Assembly: GCA_009772965.1 (NCBI GenBank)
Contig: WPAF01000003.1
Location: forward strand, 977-64,976
Origin: Candidatus Saganbacteria bacterium
GTDB taxonomy: Bacteria > Margulisbacteria > WOR-1 > XYC2-FULL-46-14 > WPAF01
Length of the DNA stretch: 64,000 nt
Direction: 5' to 3'
A program made the position numbers and the translations under genes. The notes beneath the pieces were generated by a model. It worked only from the letters and a program-made list of their open reading frames with translations, did no database searches and was not told the origin of the DNA. Positions 17,729-25,780 of the stretch are shown piece by piece (positions within the stretch are counted from its first letter, which is position 1; each line of letters begins with the position of its first letter).

Positions 17729-18829
17729 TTAAGCCCCCTTGTTTAGGGCTTCATTATATAAGCATTCAACTTTTTTTGCAATCGCGGTTGAAGAAAACCT
17801 ATTTATAATGTCTTCGCGGGCGGCTTTTCCCATTTTCTCCCTTAATTTTTCGTCAGTTAAGAGCAATTTAATATGTTCAACAAACCCTTCTTTTGTTGTC
17901 AGGTATCCATCAATGCCCGACCGCACCGTATCAACCAACCCGCCGGCAAAAAGGGCGACTGCCGGAAGTCCCGCCGCTTTTGCTTCAGCCAAGACCAGCC
18001 CTTGCGTTTCTGTAGTTGAAGAAAAAACAAAAATATCGCCGATTGAATAATAGGAAAGGATTTCGGGATACTTTACTTCGCCAACCATTATGAGGTTTGG
18101 GATTTTTGCTTTTTTGATTTCATTTTCCATCGGGCCCGCGCCTACAATCGCGAGATAGGATAATTTGTTTAGCTTTTTAAAAGAGTGCAATAAAAAAGAA
18201 AGATTTTTTTCTTTAGAGAGACGTCCGACATAAACCAATACTTTTGCATCCTGCGGGATATTGTACTTTTTTCTTAACTGGAATTTATTGGCTTCTTTAA
18301 TATGCGAAAGGTCAACCCCGGTCGGCACAATCTCGATCCGATTTCTAACAGTCCAGCTTTTTAAAACCCTTTTTGCCATTTTTGATGGGGCAATTATTAA
18401 ATCCGTCCTGCGGCAAAAAGTTACAATATACTGCGATAGGGCAAGCTTGGATAATGGCTCAGGGATAAATTGGGCGTAGTGGACATATCTCGTGAAAAGA
18501 GTATGAAAAGTATAAATGAAAGGGACTCTTCTTCGATGAGCGAGGTATCGGGCGATGAGGCCGGTTTGGAAAGGGGAGTGGGAATGGATTAAATCAACCT
18601 CAGGAATTCGGATTAGGTAGGGCAGGGCAAGGCGAAAATTGGGATAACCGGTTGGCAGGGAAGGGAACCTTATTATATCTGGATCAAAATCAACATACCC
18701 CGGGTATCGGGGTGCGAAAATATAGACCCTATGGCCAAGCTCCCTTAATTCTTTTACTAAAATTTCTATGGAATTTGTGACGCCGGATAAGTAGGGCTTG
18801 TAGGAATCGCAGAAAAACGCTATCCTCAT
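17729..18829 (-). CDS. Glycosyltransferase family 4 (GT-B fold)
   Basis: 366 aa with an N-terminal FCDSYKPYLSGV and a C-terminal E..G....EA.A.G.P motif (ETQGLVLAEAKAAGLP). Confidence 0.85.
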   Translation of the reverse strand: MRIAFFCDSYKPYLSGVTNSIEILVKELRELGHRVYIFAPRYPGYVDFDPDIIRFPSLPTGYPNFRLALPYLIRIPEVDLIHSHSPFQTGLIARYLAHRRRVPFIYTFHTLFTRYVHYAQFIPEPLSKLALSQYIVTFCRRTDLIIAPSKMAKRVLKSWTVRNRIEIVPTGVDLSHIKEANKFQLRKKYNIPQDAKVLVYVGRLSKEKNLSFLLHSFKKLNKLSYLAIVGAGPMENEIKKAKIPNLIMVGEVKYPEILSYYSIGDIFVFSSTTETQGLVLAEAKAAGLPAVALFAGGLVDTVRSGIDGYLTTKEGFVEHIKLLLTDEKLREKMGKAAREDIINRFSSTAIAKKVECLYNEALNKGA

Positions 18830-19746
18830 TTTTTTTCTTTAATAATTAGTTTTCTTAATGCGGCTTGTATCTCAAAATCTTTTTTATGGTCAATGGCAGG
18901 GAACCCGGAAATGATTGAATTTGGCGGGATATTTTTTGTGACGCCCGAGCGAGCCATAACTACCGTATTTTCGCCAACATTTATATGTCCCGCAAACCCT
19001 GCCTGCCCGCCGACTGAAACATTATTTTCTAAAACCACTGACCCGGCAAAGCCAACCAAACTGGTAATCGCGCAGTTTTTACCAAGCTTGCAATTGTGGG
19101 CGACGTGAGAAATGTTATCGATTTTTGTGCCCTTACCGATAATTGTATCGCCGATAGTCCCGCGGGCGATGCAGACGTTAGCATAAATTTCTACATCATC
19201 TTCTATTATAACGCCGCCAACCTGGGGGATTTTTTTAAGGCCTTCATCTGAAGGGACAAACCCATAACCGTCTGTTCCGATCCTTGCGCCGGAGTGGATA
19301 ATGCAGCGGTTTCCAATTGAAACATTTTGATAAATTGTGACATTTGGATAAATAATAACATTGTCCCCGATTTTTGAATTTGGGCCGATATAAGAAAAAG
19401 GGCCGATAGAAACATCTTTTCCGATAACCGCGGTTTTATGGATTGAAGCTTGGGGATGTATCCCTTTTTCAACTTCCGTTGGGGGCGCGAACAAGGATAA
19501 AATTTTAGCCATGGCAAGGCGCGGGTTTTTGGCAATTATGGATGGCTTGTTATTATCTTTTATTTCTTCAGGCACAAGCAAAGCCGAGGCGCTGGATTGC
19601 ACGGCGGCAGTTAAATATTTTTCTTCAAGGACAAAGACCAAGTCGCCTTTTTGCGCTTTTTCCGGCAGGGAAACTCTTTTTATTTCAGTGTTTGGATCGC
19701 CGGTTATTTTTCCATCTACTAAAAGGGCGAGATCCGTTAGAATCAC
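18826..19746 (-). CDS. lpxD: UDP-3-O-acylglucosamine N-acyltransferase
   Basis: 306 aa with the LpxD N-terminal domain followed by a long left-handed beta-helix hexapeptide repeat region. Adjacent to skp. Confidence 0.85.
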   Translation of the reverse strand: MILTDLALLVDGKITGDPNTEIKRVSLPEKAQKGDLVFVLEEKYLTAAVQSSASALLVPEEIKDNNKPSIIAKNPRLAMAKILSLFAPPTEVEKGIHPQASIHKTAVIGKDVSIGPFSYIGPNSKIGDNVIIYPNVTIYQNVSIGNRCIIHSGARIGTDGYGFVPSDEGLKKIPQVGGVIIEDDVEIYANVCIARGTIGDTIIGKGTKIDNISHVAHNCKLGKNCAITSLVGFAGSVVLENNVSVGGQAGFAGHINVGENTVVMARSGVTKNIPPNSIISGFPAIDHKKDFEIQAALRKLIIKEKK

Positions 19747-20201
19747 TTATTAAGTTCGGAAACAACCATATCGGTTATATCCATTCCGCCGTAAATGATA
19801 ACCTGCTTATCAAGCACAGATTCAAGCCCCAGCTTTTGGGCGATTTTTGTGACCGCAACGACGATATTCTTTTGCAGTGAAAGCGTCAGCTTTTCGTTTA
19901 GCTTTAAAAGAGAATCTCTTTTTGGGGCCAGTTTTTCTTCTAAGCTGGCGCGCATTTTATCGATTTCTTCTTTGCTCTTGCCGTTTTTTTGCGCTTCTTC
20001 AAGCTTCTTTTGGCTTTCTTCAAATTCTTTTTTAAAAGTTTCTTCTTCTTTGGCAAGCTCTTTTTGGGCTTTTGATGTTTCCTTGTAATCCTTAAAAACT
20101 TTTTGTATGTCAACAAACCCCATCGAAGATGCCGCCGACTGCGCAAACGCCGCCCCGCCGATAACCATTAGTGCGATAAGAGAAATTGCAACCTTTTTCA
20201 T
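19743..20201 (-). CDS. skp: OmpH/Skp periplasmic chaperone
   Basis: 152 aa with a signal peptide and a Lys/Glu-rich coiled-coil body. Classic skp-lpxD adjacency. Confidence 0.85.
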   Translation of the reverse strand: MKKVAISLIALMVIGGAAFAQSAASSMGFVDIQKVFKDYKETSKAQKELAKEEETFKKEFEESQKKLEEAQKNGKSKEEIDKMRASLEEKLAPKRDSLLKLNEKLTLSLQKNIVVAVTKIAQKLGLESVLDKQVIIYGGMDITDMVVSELNK

Positions 20202-20303
20202 AAACTTTTTCCTCCCTTTCTAGAACTGGGAATATTATATCATATTCTAAAGAATGTGGGGAAGGGAAGATGTTAAAAGAATGCTGGAAGGAGAGGGGGA
20301 AGA

Positions 20304-20345
20304 AAAGATTTTTAGTTTTTTTGGGATTGTAGTATTGGGACATGG
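20304..20345. repeat. 42-bp direct repeat, copy 1 (flanks the rhuM-fic module)
   Basis: 41 of 42 nt identical to 22491-22532. On the minus strand it reads ATG TCC CAA TAC TAC AAT CCC AAA AAA ACT AAA AAT CTT. Confidence 0.9.
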
Positions 20346-21371
20346 TTAGATTTCTTTAGTATTTTTCTCCAGCGTCTTTACCGTACGATCAAAATCAGAG
20401 ATGTAGTTTTTATCGCGTTCTTCGACATATTTTATATATTCTTCCTCTGCCTTTTTCGAAGCATTTTCTGCACTTATGCTACCAGCATGCGTCAACAATT
20501 CCCGCTCGCTCAAGCGAAGAAAAGCATCAAGTTTAGCTATCCAATCAGCCATTTTCATCAACCTACCTTTTGTTGCCTGCAGTTCAGCAAAATCAAGATA
20601 CATAGATACAATTAGATTCAGCTGTTTCAGCTCATTTTCTTTCAGATAATTCTTAGCAATTTTTGTATCCTGCTGGGTAATATAATTCCCCTTAAAACTG
20701 GTAAGACCCATAAGCGGTTTTTTACTATCCGCCCTTTTTGAAATTATTTCTGCAGCAGTATGGCCATGGACAGCAAAATGCATCTTATTCTGTACAGTTG
20801 CAAAAAATTCTTTTGTAAGCTTCTCGTCTTTCTTATAATCTATACTTGTAGCGTAAATATCTGTCACTTTTTGATAAAAATTCCTTTCACTACTCCTAAT
20901 ATCTCGAATGCGTTGGAGTAGCTCATCAAAATAACGGGCACGGCCTCCACCCTGTTTTAAGCGCTCATCATCAATGGCAAAACCTTTGACAATGTATTCT
21001 TTTAGTCGTTGTGTTGCCCATATCCGAAATTGCGTACCACGCAGTGATTTTACGCGGTAACCAACTGAAATTATGACGTCAAGATTATAATGCTTAACTT
21101 CATAGTCTTTTCCGTCCGAGCCAGTTCGTCGGGATTCCCGACATACTGATTTTTCTTCAAGCTCTCTTTCTTTAAAAATATTATTAACATGTTCTGTAAT
21201 AGTAGAGCGACCTTTCTCAAACAATTCAGCCATTTGATCTTGTGTCAGCCAAACTGTTTCATCCTCTAACCGAACTTCTATTTTTTCACAACCATCCTCT
21301 GTGGTATAAAGAAGGAATGATCCATTTTTGAGGATTGTTTTGTCTTTTTTATCCGCGTCTTTTTTCTTCAT
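20346..21371 (-). CDS. RhuM-family protein
   Basis: 341 aa. The N-terminal pattern LYTTEDG..KIEV.LEDETVWLTQ.QMAELF...RSTITEH..NIF...EL and NLDVIISVGYRV.S..GTQFR.WAT..L match the RhuM family from memory. Confidence 0.75.
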   Translation of the reverse strand: MKKKDADKKDKTILKNGSFLLYTTEDGCEKIEVRLEDETVWLTQDQMAELFEKGRSTITEHVNNIFKERELEEKSVCRESRRTGSDGKDYEVKHYNLDVIISVGYRVKSLRGTQFRIWATQRLKEYIVKGFAIDDERLKQGGGRARYFDELLQRIRDIRSSERNFYQKVTDIYATSIDYKKDEKLTKEFFATVQNKMHFAVHGHTAAEIISKRADSKKPLMGLTSFKGNYITQQDTKIAKNYLKENELKQLNLIVSMYLDFAELQATKGRLMKMADWIAKLDAFLRLSERELLTHAGSISAENASKKAEEEYIKYVEERDKNYISDFDRTVKTLEKNTKEI

Positions 21372-21415
21372 CCTAGCTCCTATAATCTATATTTATAGCA
21401 TTTAGCACTATATCT

Positions 21416-22303
21416 TTACAGCGGCAGGCAGGCAACGCCGATTTTCCAGACATTCTTCTCCAAAAAGGCTTCAATGGTTTGTCGGGTAGCTTTATTTATA
21501 AGATTGGAATGTGAGAGTTTATTATTTTTTGCGTATTCAGAAAGAGTAATAATTTTTTTACCTTCCAGGTATGCCAGGCGTTTATGGTAGCTGTTAGCCA
21601 GCGCCTTCCCCACTATTTCTTCCATAATATGCGACAATCCTTTTTCGTCATGCTCCCTGAACGCTTCATAATATTTTTTTCTATCAATGAATTTTATATT
21701 TATTGGAACAAATCCTTCTCGTATTAACAAATAATTATTAATGACCCGCCCAATACGGCCATTGCCATCAACAAATGGGTGGGTATATTCAAAAGCAAGG
21801 TGTAATTTTGCTATCCTTTTAATGATGCCTTCATGACTTGCGGCATTATACTCGGCCAGCATTTTTTCAAGACGTGCCACAACTTCTTTTGGATTGGGAG
21901 CAATATGATTCGCAACACGCACAAACTCATTATCTTTTCTAAATCTTCCGGCAACATCGTCGCGGATATTGGAAATCAACATTTTGTGAAGCGATAAAAT
22001 TACCTCTAAAGTAAGCTCTTGTTCTTTGGCTCTTTTGTCTATGTAAGACACAACTCGCGCCAGATTCTTTGCTTCAAAAATTTCTCTTTCAGTGATAAAC
22101 CTATCCAGATTAATTTGCAGAAGTATTTTTTCGGTTTCTTCAAGAGTAAGGGTGCTATTTTCTATGGCATTTGAGTTATATACCTGCTCCGCTACCTCTG
22201 TTTCAGCGATAAGCTTAATAAGCGCATCCTTGCCTATAGACGCATTATAGTATCTTTCACGGAGAGAATTTACTTTATTGAAAACATTGAGTATTTTAGT
22301 CAT
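21416..22303 (-). CDS. fic: Fic-family protein (class II, auto-inhibited type)
   Basis: 295 aa with the Fic motif HPFVDGNGRIGR and an N-terminal inhibitory-helix motif SNAIEN, i.e. (S/T)xxxE(G/N). Confidence 0.9.
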   Translation of the reverse strand: MTKILNVFNKVNSLRERYYNASIGKDALIKLIAETEVAEQVYNSNAIENSTLTLEETEKILLQINLDRFITEREIFEAKNLARVVSYIDKRAKEQELTLEVILSLHKMLISNIRDDVAGRFRKDNEFVRVANHIAPNPKEVVARLEKMLAEYNAASHEGIIKRIAKLHLAFEYTHPFVDGNGRIGRVINNYLLIREGFVPINIKFIDRKKYYEAFREHDEKGLSHIMEEIVGKALANSYHKRLAYLEGKKIITLSEYAKNNKLSHSNLINKATRQTIEAFLEKNVWKIGVACLPL

Positions 22304-22345
22304 ATATTACTGTTAATTATATACAATCTTCACGTTTTTGTCAAT

Positions 22346-22389
22346 ATAACCGTGAAAACACTGGAATTATACCTATTTTTCACGGTTAT
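22346..22389. promoter_or_regulatory. 13-bp perfect inverted repeat upstream of fic (candidate operator)
   Basis: ATAACCGTGAAAA (22346-22358) and TTTTCACGGTTAT (22377-22389) are separated by 18 nt. They lie 43-86 nt upstream of the fic start. Confidence 0.5.
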
Positions 22390-22530
22390 GACTATAGATC
22401 CCCCGGCGACCGCCCCTTTCCCATCCTGCGGTCAAGATATTGTTTTTTTTGATCGGCTTAGTTTGAATGGTTCTGGATCATTGGGATGATAAAGATTTTT
22501 AGTTTTTTTGGGATTGTAATATTGGGACAT
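22390..22530 (-). pseudogene. 5' remnant of a PD-(D/E)XK (Cas4/RecB-like) nuclease family gene, frameshifted and deleted
   Basis: The minus strand reads MSQYYNPKKTKNLYHPNDPEPFKLSRSKKTIS*. A shifted frame continues ..YLDRRMGKGRSPG. From memory this resembles the N-terminus (..YNP..TKNL..P....PFKLSRSK....CPRCFYLDRRLG..RP) of a widespread nuclease family. Confidence 0.45.
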
Positions 22531-22532
22531 GG
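22491..22532. repeat. 42-bp direct repeat, copy 2
   Basis: 41 of 42 nt identical to 20304-20345. It begins 5 nt after the stop of the 22538-23050 gene. Confidence 0.9.
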
Positions 22533-22537
22533 GTATT

Positions 22538-23050
22538 TTAAGAGAATATCGGCTTGAAAGCGATACGAAGCATTGGCTTTAGAAATTCTATAGTTTCAGA
22601 CTTTACGGCAACAGTCCAATATTGCTTATTTCTGTCATAAATGATAAACCCTCTATTTCCCAAATCAATCAATTGCATATGAACTTTGTTTGTTGCATTT
22701 TCATTTAAATTTCCAATTATCTGCCAAAGAGGTATTGGCACTGAGGTATAAGTCGCATGGCCATAAATAGTAACCAATAAAAGAAATTCTTCCCCACTAA
22801 GATTCTTTTTTGCCAACTCATTTAAAATATCCTGGGTGCTAACTAAAGAAGTTGGTTCGATATTAGTGTCTATGTTTTTTGTTTGATCAAATAATCCAGT
22901 CACCCCTGGGAAAGAAACTCCTTTCAATCTTTTAAAAAGATCAGCAATTTGTAATCTAAATATAATCACCCCTACTAAAATAGCAAAAGGAAAATTGATA
23001 ACCTTTATCAAATCCAACAAACAATAATATGCAACCTTAATTTCACGCAT
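22538..23050 (-). CDS. Hypothetical N-terminally membrane-anchored protein (third gene of TM/HEPN-like operon)
   Basis: 170 aa with one TM helix (INFPFAILVGVIIFRL) followed by a soluble domain of about 120 aa. No motif recognised. Confidence 0.65.
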   Translation of the reverse strand: MREIKVAYYCLLDLIKVINFPFAILVGVIIFRLQIADLFKRLKGVSFPGVTGLFDQTKNIDTNIEPTSLVSTQDILNELAKKNLSGEEFLLLVTIYGHATYTSVPIPLWQIIGNLNENATNKVHMQLIDLGNRGFIIYDRNKQYWTVAVKSETIEFLKPMLRIAFKPIFS

Positions 23051-23165
23051 TGTTATTACTCCTTATCAAATATTAATCCGGCGACTTTCCTCATCCTGCC
23101 CCTCTCCACCAAAACCGAGAATTCATTAAACATATTATCAGAAACTTCAACCTGAACAATCAAAA

Positions 23166-23651
23166 CTATAGATTAATGCCAAGACCTATTATATGTTTCT
23201 TAAATCCATTGAGCGTGTCGGTCAGATAAGAATATACTAATGTCCTTTTTTCTGAATCACTAATATCAAATCTCATTAGCAGATGCTTAAATGCACGATA
23301 AGTTGTTTTTCCTTTTTTATTCTTCTTTACGTCCGCTTCTTTTTTTATGTAAAGATCTTCATACTTATCGTCTTCATCAAGGGAACAGACAAAAGGCAAA
23401 CTTGTAACTTCAGGGTGTGCCAAAGCATTTCTACACCCTTTAATAGCCTCTCTATCAAAAGCTTCTTTGCCATTTTCCATTAGCACTTCATTTATCCTAT
23501 GAAATACTACAAACAAAAAAAGATATTGGGCCCAAAGTTCATAGGAGGATTCCAGCTCACTTAAACCTTCTCGTATCTGGGTTATTTTTAACTCAACTTT
23601 TTGAGCGACTGAAAACAAGTTTTTCAGTATACGCTCTAACCTTGTCAGCAT
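23166..23651 (-). CDS. Hypothetical small alpha-helical protein with an Rx4H (HEPN-like) motif
   Basis: 161 aa. CRNALAHPE (R74-x4-H79) fits the HEPN RNase motif R[N]xxxH. Helix-rich composition, and the start overlaps the upstream gene stop (ATGCTGA). Confidence 0.6.
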   Translation of the reverse strand: MLTRLERILKNLFSVAQKVELKITQIREGLSELESSYELWAQYLFLFVVFHRINEVLMENGKEAFDREAIKGCRNALAHPEVTSLPFVCSLDEDDKYEDLYIKKEADVKKNKKGKTTYRAFKHLLMRFDISDSEKRTLVYSYLTDTLNGFKKHIIGLGINL

Positions 23652-24250
23652 TTTCCCCTTCTCTTACAACAACAATTTCTTTTTCCGAAAAGAAAAGGCT
23701 TTTCATTTATCCCATTTACAAATAAAATAAATAATATTATAATTAATAATGAGTATGATTTGTCAAATAGTTGGGGTATATCTCTAAATAAAATGAAGAA
23801 AAACAGAATCGCAATTGATATAGCTGTAAATAATGATAAAACAAAAACAAAAGTTCTATGTGTTATTCCTTTATATAAATCGAAATACTCCTTTTTATGT
23901 TCGTCAATTTTCCATTCGGGATATTTACCATTACTCAAATATTCCCTTATTTTTTGAACTTGTTTCCAATTACTATCTGCAAACAAAGTATTTCTTAAGT
24001 AAATTTGAAAAATTGACAAATTTAATATAATTAATACTAAACTTAAGAGCACCAGAACAATCCATTTCCAATCTGCCCCAATAGTAGATTCAAATTTTAC
24101 CCAAGCCATACCGCCATAAATTGCTAAATTCAAAGTTATAAAATAACTTAATAAAAAAGTAGTTATTCCTCGGCCTGATTCATTTATTGACATTAACAAT
24201 TCCCATTCAAGCTTAAGAAGGTCATCTACTTTATTATTCTCTTCTCCCAT
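23645..24250 (-). CDS. Hypothetical 4-TM membrane protein (first gene of operon)
   Basis: 201 aa with four hydrophobic helices, a central loop of about 45 aa and a Cys-rich basic tail (NCCCKRRGKC). An RBS-like AGGAAAGG lies upstream. Confidence 0.7.
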   Translation of the reverse strand: MGEENNKVDDLLKLEWELLMSINESGRGITTFLLSYFITLNLAIYGGMAWVKFESTIGADWKWIVLVLLSLVLIILNLSIFQIYLRNTLFADSNWKQVQKIREYLSNGKYPEWKIDEHKKEYFDLYKGITHRTFVFVLSLFTAISIAILFFFILFRDIPQLFDKSYSLLIIILFILFVNGINEKPFLFGKRNCCCKRRGKC

Positions 24251-24357
24251 ATTTATATTCCTTTCCTAAAACTAGTTACAAATACTTATTAATTATATCT
24301 CCTTGAGAAGGTATCCGCTAGCAAAGGTTACAAATAATAATATGTGCATGTTTTAAC

Positions 24358-24585
24358 CTATCCCCCCCCAGCCAAAGCAATGGCTTCAAATAAAACATCA
24401 AATTGAAAAGAGGCAACAGAAGAAGACTGGCGGTTTTTTAATTTTTCATACGTCGGATTTGCCCTATAAGCATCAACACACTCGGATAATTTTATAAATC
24501 GCGCCAGATCAAACTTTGGCGCGAAAGAAAAAATTGAAAACTATTTATCACGATCCTTTTTCTCTATCTCCAAAAGCTTTTTCAT
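24358..24585 (-). pseudogene. Short reading frame interrupted by an in-frame TAG (gene remnant)
   Basis: AAAGGAG RBS plus ATG at 24585. It reads MKKLLEIEKKDRDK-TAG-FSIFSFAPKFDLARFIKLSECVDAYRANPTYEKLKNRQSSSVASFQFDVLFEAIALAGGG*. The TAG is at 24541-24543 and the frame ends in a G8 run. Confidence 0.4.
24431..24450. repeat. 20-bp direct repeat, copy 1 (CGGTTTTTTAATTTTTCATA)
   Basis: Identical to 25781-25800, exactly 1350 bp away. Confidence 0.85.
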
Positions 24586-24598
24586 TATATAAGCTCCT

Positions 24599-25663
24599 TT
24601 AATTTATTATCGGAATCCTTAATAATTTCCAGCGGTCTCTATTATTTGAACAAATGGTATTAATCTGGTTTCTGTCTCGATCCCAATAATAATAATTATC
24701 TTTACAAGAAAAGGCTAAATATCTTCCGTCAGGAGAAAAAGACAATTCAGCAACAGAAAAATCAAATAACTTTTTTGGTTCTTCTTTAATCCTATGCAAA
24801 TCAACCTCGTAAACCGCTCCTGGGATTGTTTTTGTATCCCGAGAACTAAACACTATTTTATTTGGTTCCCGGGGATCAATATCGAAATTCGAAGTTTTAA
24901 TATTAATGATATCTGGTAATTTTCCGCTGTCCATGTCTAAAACCCGCAATTTATTTTCTTTATTAGAAAGAATATCTTCATCTTCCAAAAAGAATAGGTT
25001 TTTCCCATATCTCCATTTCGTAGATGCAGATATGCCAAAAGATGCCACCGGGATATCTGTAAGAATCTTTGTTCCTCCTCCGTTCAATATTGCAATAAAC
25101 AATGTATTATCAGGGGAAACATTTATTTTGCCATTGCTAGCTTTTTGATATTTTTTTCCTCTAAAGATAAAAGATTTACTGTCTGGTGCCCAATCTAAAA
25201 AGGCGGCGCCGAGAACGGGAGTTTCAATTGTTTCATGAATAGTCTTATCTTCCATCTTCATGATTTTGAAAGCATAATCATGCCATTTTGACAGATATCT
25301 TTTAATAAAGTACTTACCATCTGGCGATATTTGCCTATAGTCTAGCGGGATATCATCCTGATCTAAAAGGTTCATATAAGGACGAATATCTTTTTCTATT
25401 TTATCCTTCCTAAAACCAAATGAGCCGATTGTTATTTTGTAGGTTTCGTAGATTTTTGGTCTATCCGGAGGAAAATGCCCCTTATATATAGGAAGGTACT
25501 GACCTAAATTACTAAGCGGAGTTAATATAAAATCTCGATCATCGTATGCTATTACATTAACAAATAATGAATTATTGTCTGACCATAATAAGCCATAAGC
25601 AGAATTACAAAGCATAGCTATGGCTATCCCAAACAATAAAAAACCTTTAATATATTGACGCAT
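24599..25663 (-). CDS. Secreted PD40/TolB-like beta-propeller repeat protein
   Basis: 354 aa with a signal peptide. Repeats ISPDGKYFIKR and FSPDGRYLAFS are typical of WD40-like PD40 blades. Confidence 0.7.
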   Translation of the reverse strand: MRQYIKGFLLFGIAIAMLCNSAYGLLWSDNNSLFVNVIAYDDRDFILTPLSNLGQYLPIYKGHFPPDRPKIYETYKITIGSFGFRKDKIEKDIRPYMNLLDQDDIPLDYRQISPDGKYFIKRYLSKWHDYAFKIMKMEDKTIHETIETPVLGAAFLDWAPDSKSFIFRGKKYQKASNGKINVSPDNTLFIAILNGGGTKILTDIPVASFGISASTKWRYGKNLFFLEDEDILSNKENKLRVLDMDSGKLPDIINIKTSNFDIDPREPNKIVFSSRDTKTIPGAVYEVDLHRIKEEPKKLFDFSVAELSFSPDGRYLAFSCKDNYYYWDRDRNQINTICSNNRDRWKLLRIPIIN

Positions 25664-25686
25664 AAAAACCTCCTGTGATTAAACTG

Positions 25687-25706
25687 GATCCCCGCCTTCG
25701 CGGGGA
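25687..25706. repeat. REP-like GC hairpin (ATCCCCGC-CTTC-GCGGGGAT)
   Basis: 8-bp perfect stem with flanks TGG...GAC. It has the same architecture as the hairpin at 54638-54658. Confidence 0.55.
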
Positions 25707-25780
25707 TGACACATAATTGCCCACGCGATAAATTGCGTTTCTACATACGTATATATACCTCTCCTGAAAAAACAAACCGT

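Noticed and set aside
20110-20343. 77-aa ORF starting MSQYYNPKKTKNLF listed in the track.
   Set aside because: Only its first 13 codons are meaningful, being copy 1 of the 42-bp repeat. The rest overlaps the skp start region in another frame. I treat it as a repeat or remnant, not a gene.
21422-21434. Half-site GGCAGGCAGGCAA at the fic 3' end as a further copy of the palindromic element.
   Set aside because: Only about 10-13 nt match and no second arm is present, so it could be chance. It is mentioned under the yidD finding but not counted as a copy.
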